The position numbers and the translations under genes were made by a program. From contig JAPDJI010000017.1 in the NCBI GenBank assembly GCA_029259155.1, positions 1 through 64,000 on the forward strand: 64,000 bases of DNA, given 5' to 3'. This document shows positions 61,102 to 64,000 of the stretch, in pieces. The number at the start of each line of letters is the position of its first letter. The stretch's first letter is position 1. Source of the DNA: Candidatus Methanomethylicia archaeon (GTDB lineage: Archaea > Thermoproteota > Methanomethylicia > Nezhaarchaeales > B40-G2). Below the pieces are notes generated by a model. That model was not told where the DNA came from and did not search any database. It worked only from the letters and a program-made list of their open reading frames with translations.

Positions 61102-62166
61102 CTAAATGAAGCCTTCCCTAGCCAGCAACTCAGCGTTCAATACAGCGTTTCCGGCAGCTCCTCTAATGGTGTTGTGTCCTAGTACTACGAACTTAATTCC
61201 GTTGTCGAGAGCAGGGTCTTCCCTTATCCTTCCTACGACTACCGACATACCTCTTCCTTCGTACCTATCAAACCTTGGCTGTGGTCTATCGGGCTCCTCT
61301 CTGACTACTACGGGGTTCTCGGGTGCCGTAGGCAGTTTAAGCTCCTGTGGCCTTCCTTTAAACTCCCTCATGGCTTCAGCTACTTCTTCTGGACTAGCTT
61401 TCTTAGCCAATTCGACAAATACTGCTTCGGTATGTCCATCTAATACGTGGACTCTATGACAGCTCGCCGAGATCTTAAAGCCCGCTGGCTTAACTTCTTC
61501 TCCAGTGAGGCTGCCCATGATCTTCAGGACTTCTGCTTGTACCTTCTCCTCCTCCTTAGCTATGTAGGGTATGACGTTGTCGAGTATAGCCATTGACGGT
61601 ACGCCTCCCCACCCTGCTCCCGAGACAGCCTGCATGGTAGATACGAAGACTCTCTTTATTCCAAAGACGTTGTCGATGGGCTTTAATGCCATAACCAATA
61701 CCGTGGTTGTACAGTTGGGGTTGGTTACTATGAAGCTCTTCCACCCTCTCCTCGACTGTAATTTAACTAAGTTGAGGTGGTCTGGATTAACCTCGGCTAT
61801 AAGGATGGGTACGTCGGGCTCCATCCTGTAGCTACTGGCATCACTAACTACAGGTATTCCTGCCTTAGCGAACTCTGCTTCAACTTTTAGCGCGACTTCG
61901 GCTGGTAGAGCGGAGAAAGCTATGTCGGCGCCTCCTGCCTTTCTAACATTCTCCACGGTGGTCTCCACTACTGTGGTCTCGGCTGTTTCCTTAGGCATAT
62001 GTCCTTCAATATACCAGTGGGCCACTTCACCATACTTTTTTCCTGCTGAAGCAGGTGAGGCAGCTAGCACGGATAACTCGAATAGCTCGTGGTTTGCCAG
62101 TAGCTTTACGAAGCGCTGGCCCACCATTCCAGTAGCTCCTAGGATTACAGCTCTCAGCTTATCCAT
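61102..62166 (-). CDS. asd: Aspartate-semialdehyde dehydrogenase
   Basis: LGATGMVGQ, NPNCTT, QAVSGAG, DGH, HNTIRGAAG. Confidence 0.95.
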   Translation of the reverse strand: MDKLRAVILGATGMVGQRFVKLLANHELFELSVLAASPASAGKKYGEVAHWYIEGHMPKETAETTVVETTVENVRKAGGADIAFSALPAEVALKVEAEFAKAGIPVVSDASSYRMEPDVPILIAEVNPDHLNLVKLQSRRGWKSFIVTNPNCTTTVLVMALKPIDNVFGIKRVFVSTMQAVSGAGWGGVPSMAILDNVIPYIAKEEEKVQAEVLKIMGSLTGEEVKPAGFKISASCHRVHVLDGHTEAVFVELAKKASPEEVAEAMREFKGRPQELKLPTAPENPVVVREEPDRPQPRFDRYEGRGMSVVVGRIREDPALDNGIKFVVLGHNTIRGAAGNAVLNAELLAREGFI

Positions 62167-62224
62167 GTTCCACCAGCCCCTCTTAGAGTGGGGTTAAGCT
62201 TTTTAAAATTACAGCTCCGCGGCT

Positions 62225-63616
62225 TCAACCTTCAGATAGGCCGAACTCTCTATGTAGAGCTTTCAGGGCTTTCATTCCGTCGCTCTCCTTAACCACGAAG
62301 GAGATGTTTAACTCTGAGGAGCCTTGAGCTATCATGCGTATGTTGACGTTCTCCTCAGCCACTGCGCCAAACACTCTCGCCGCTACTCCTGGCGTCCCCT
62401 TCATTCCTGCTCCTATCACAGCTATGACGCACGCATCATCTTCATACTCTATACGGTACCCCTCGCCCCCAAGCCTCCTCTTAATGCTCTTCACTGCCTT
62501 ATCTAGCATCGCTCTTGGTATAGCGAGCGAGATGCTGGCTTGGGAGGAGCCTTGCGACACCATTATAGCTTGCACTCCTACTTCGCTTAGTGACCTCAGT
62601 ACTTCGACGTTTATGGTGGGGGCTTCTACCATGCTAGCTCCGCTCACAGTCACTATAGCTGCATCCTTAATCATCGTAACTGCCTTAACCACGCCTTCAC
62701 TTTCCACCTTAGTTATCAGCGTTCCTTTCTCGCTGGGCTTGTAGATGTTCTTGACTCTTAGCGGAATACCTTCCTTCATGGCAGGGTCCAAGGCCAAGGG
62801 ATGCATTACTTTAGCTCCGAAGTAAGCTAGCTCTGTCACCTCTTCATAGGACATAATGGGGATCGTCCTGGCTTCGGGGACCAGCTTAGGGTCAGCGGTC
62901 ATAACACCATCTACGTCCTTCCAAACCACTACTTCATCCACCTTTAAAGCAGCTCCTATAATCGTAGCGGTGTAGTCAGATCCTCCCCTACCTAATGTGG
63001 TAACTATGCCGTCTGAAGTTGCGGCTATGAAACCTGTTACCGTGGGTACTATGTCTTCTTCCAGGAGGGGGAGGAGGCGTTCACGGAGGAGTCTCGAGGT
63101 CAACGCCATGATAGGCCTAGCCGACCCGAAGCAATCATCAGTTACGATACCTGCCTCCCACCCAGTTAAGTACGTAGATTTTAATCCTTGGTCTCTGAGG
63201 GAGCCCCAGAAGATCCTAGTAGATAACCTCTCACCAAAGGATAGTGCGTAGTCCCTGGTTCTCGGTGTTACCTCCCTGAGGTACGCTACTACTGCCAATA
63301 GTCTTTCAAGCTCCTTTTCTTCTTTCTCGAGTTCTTCTTCTACCTCGCGTTTAATAGAGGGGTCCTTAACAGCTTCTTTTAGCGCGTCAGCGTGTCTGAC
63401 CTTTAGCTTTTCGATGAACTTGAAAACATGTTCCATATCCCCTTTCTCAGCCCTATTCAGGCTCTCTAGCAAGGAGTCTGTCACGCCAGCCATGGCGGAG
63501 ACTACAGCTACGATCTTCCAACCCTTGGTTACGTAATCTCTAACTACCTTCGCCGATCTCCTAATCATGGCTCCGTCCTCTACGCATCTACCCCCGAATT
63601 TCATCACAGCCTTCAT
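62225..63616 (-). CDS. lysC: Aspartate kinase with ACT domains
   Basis: KFGG, VVSAM.GVTD, TTLGRGGSDYTA, DVDG..TADP, MIAQGSSE. Confidence 0.95.
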   Translation of the reverse strand: MKAVMKFGGRCVEDGAMIRRSAKVVRDYVTKGWKIVAVVSAMAGVTDSLLESLNRAEKGDMEHVFKFIEKLKVRHADALKEAVKDPSIKREVEEELEKEEKELERLLAVVAYLREVTPRTRDYALSFGERLSTRIFWGSLRDQGLKSTYLTGWEAGIVTDDCFGSARPIMALTSRLLRERLLPLLEEDIVPTVTGFIAATSDGIVTTLGRGGSDYTATIIGAALKVDEVVVWKDVDGVMTADPKLVPEARTIPIMSYEEVTELAYFGAKVMHPLALDPAMKEGIPLRVKNIYKPSEKGTLITKVESEGVVKAVTMIKDAAIVTVSGASMVEAPTINVEVLRSLSEVGVQAIMVSQGSSQASISLAIPRAMLDKAVKSIKRRLGGEGYRIEYEDDACVIAVIGAGMKGTPGVAARVFGAVAEENVNIRMIAQGSSELNISFVVKESDGMKALKALHREFGLSEG

Positions 63617-64000
63617 CGATACCCCCCTGACATTGGTAGGCTGAGTAAATCATTAATTATGGCTGAGACCGTCTCCTCGCCTGCTCCTGGCCCTACAATG
63701 GTGATCCCTCCCGCTAGGTCGGTTTCTAGATGGACAGCGTTAAGGGTGCCGTGAACGCAGATGGGATGGTTCAGAGCCACAAGCCTAGGTCCTACCTCGA
63801 GTCTATCACCTACGACAGCTACCAGCTTTATCGCATACCCGGCTTTTCTCGCCAATCTCACAGCTTCTCTACTAACCCTCTTTATCCCTTCTCTTTTCAC
63901 GTCGTTTATCTTCGCATCTTTACCTAAGATAGCGTTTGCCAAGATCACTACTTTACAAGCCGCATCTATACCCTCTACATCATATGTGGGGTCTCTTTCA
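63613..64000 (-). CDS. hom: Homoserine dehydrogenase, C-terminal part (runs off the window end)
   Basis: ERDPTYDVEGIDAACKVVILAN, GPGAG..T.SA. Confidence 0.92.
   Translation of the reverse strand, partial: ERDPTYDVEGIDAACKVVILANAILGKDAKINDVKREGIKRVSREAVRLARKAGYAIKLVAVVGDRLEVGPRLVALNHPICVHGTLNAVHLETDLAGGITIVGPGAGEETVSAIINDLLSLPMSGGYR

Overview
Gene-dense chromosomal segment from a thermophilic, anaerobic TACK (Thermoproteota) archaeon. Cren7 together with Fwd/Mch and methanofuran genes suggests a Nezhaarchaeales/Culexarchaeales-like lineage; this is an inference. Main content: H4MPT/methanofuran C1 genes (fwdDB fusion, fwdA, fwdC, mch, mptN-like, mfnB/D/E/F, HisA-like), housekeeping genes (aspS, gatCAB, fen, lhr, cdc48, proC, hom-lysC-asd-apgM, class II HMG-CoA reductase, nnr, thg1), a LipS2/LipT-like/lipoate-ligase cluster and a tungsten AOR. 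The standout is a ~3.6 kb GC-rich island (~18300-21930) just downstream of cren7. It encodes a Cas1-like protein with N-terminal wHTH and two Cys4 modules, divergent from a PD-(D/E)XK nuclease and an HTH-LAGLIDADG protein, with no Cas2, PolB or CRISPR array in the window. Elements missed by the ORF track: a zinc-ribbon Cren7 variant, an RHH gene, a C/D-box sRNA and a two-state structured leader upstream of a TRAM gene. There is also a threonine-synthase-like protein that lacks the PLP lysine and is fused to a PadR-type wHTH. All calls are by-eye motif recognition; no database searches were run.
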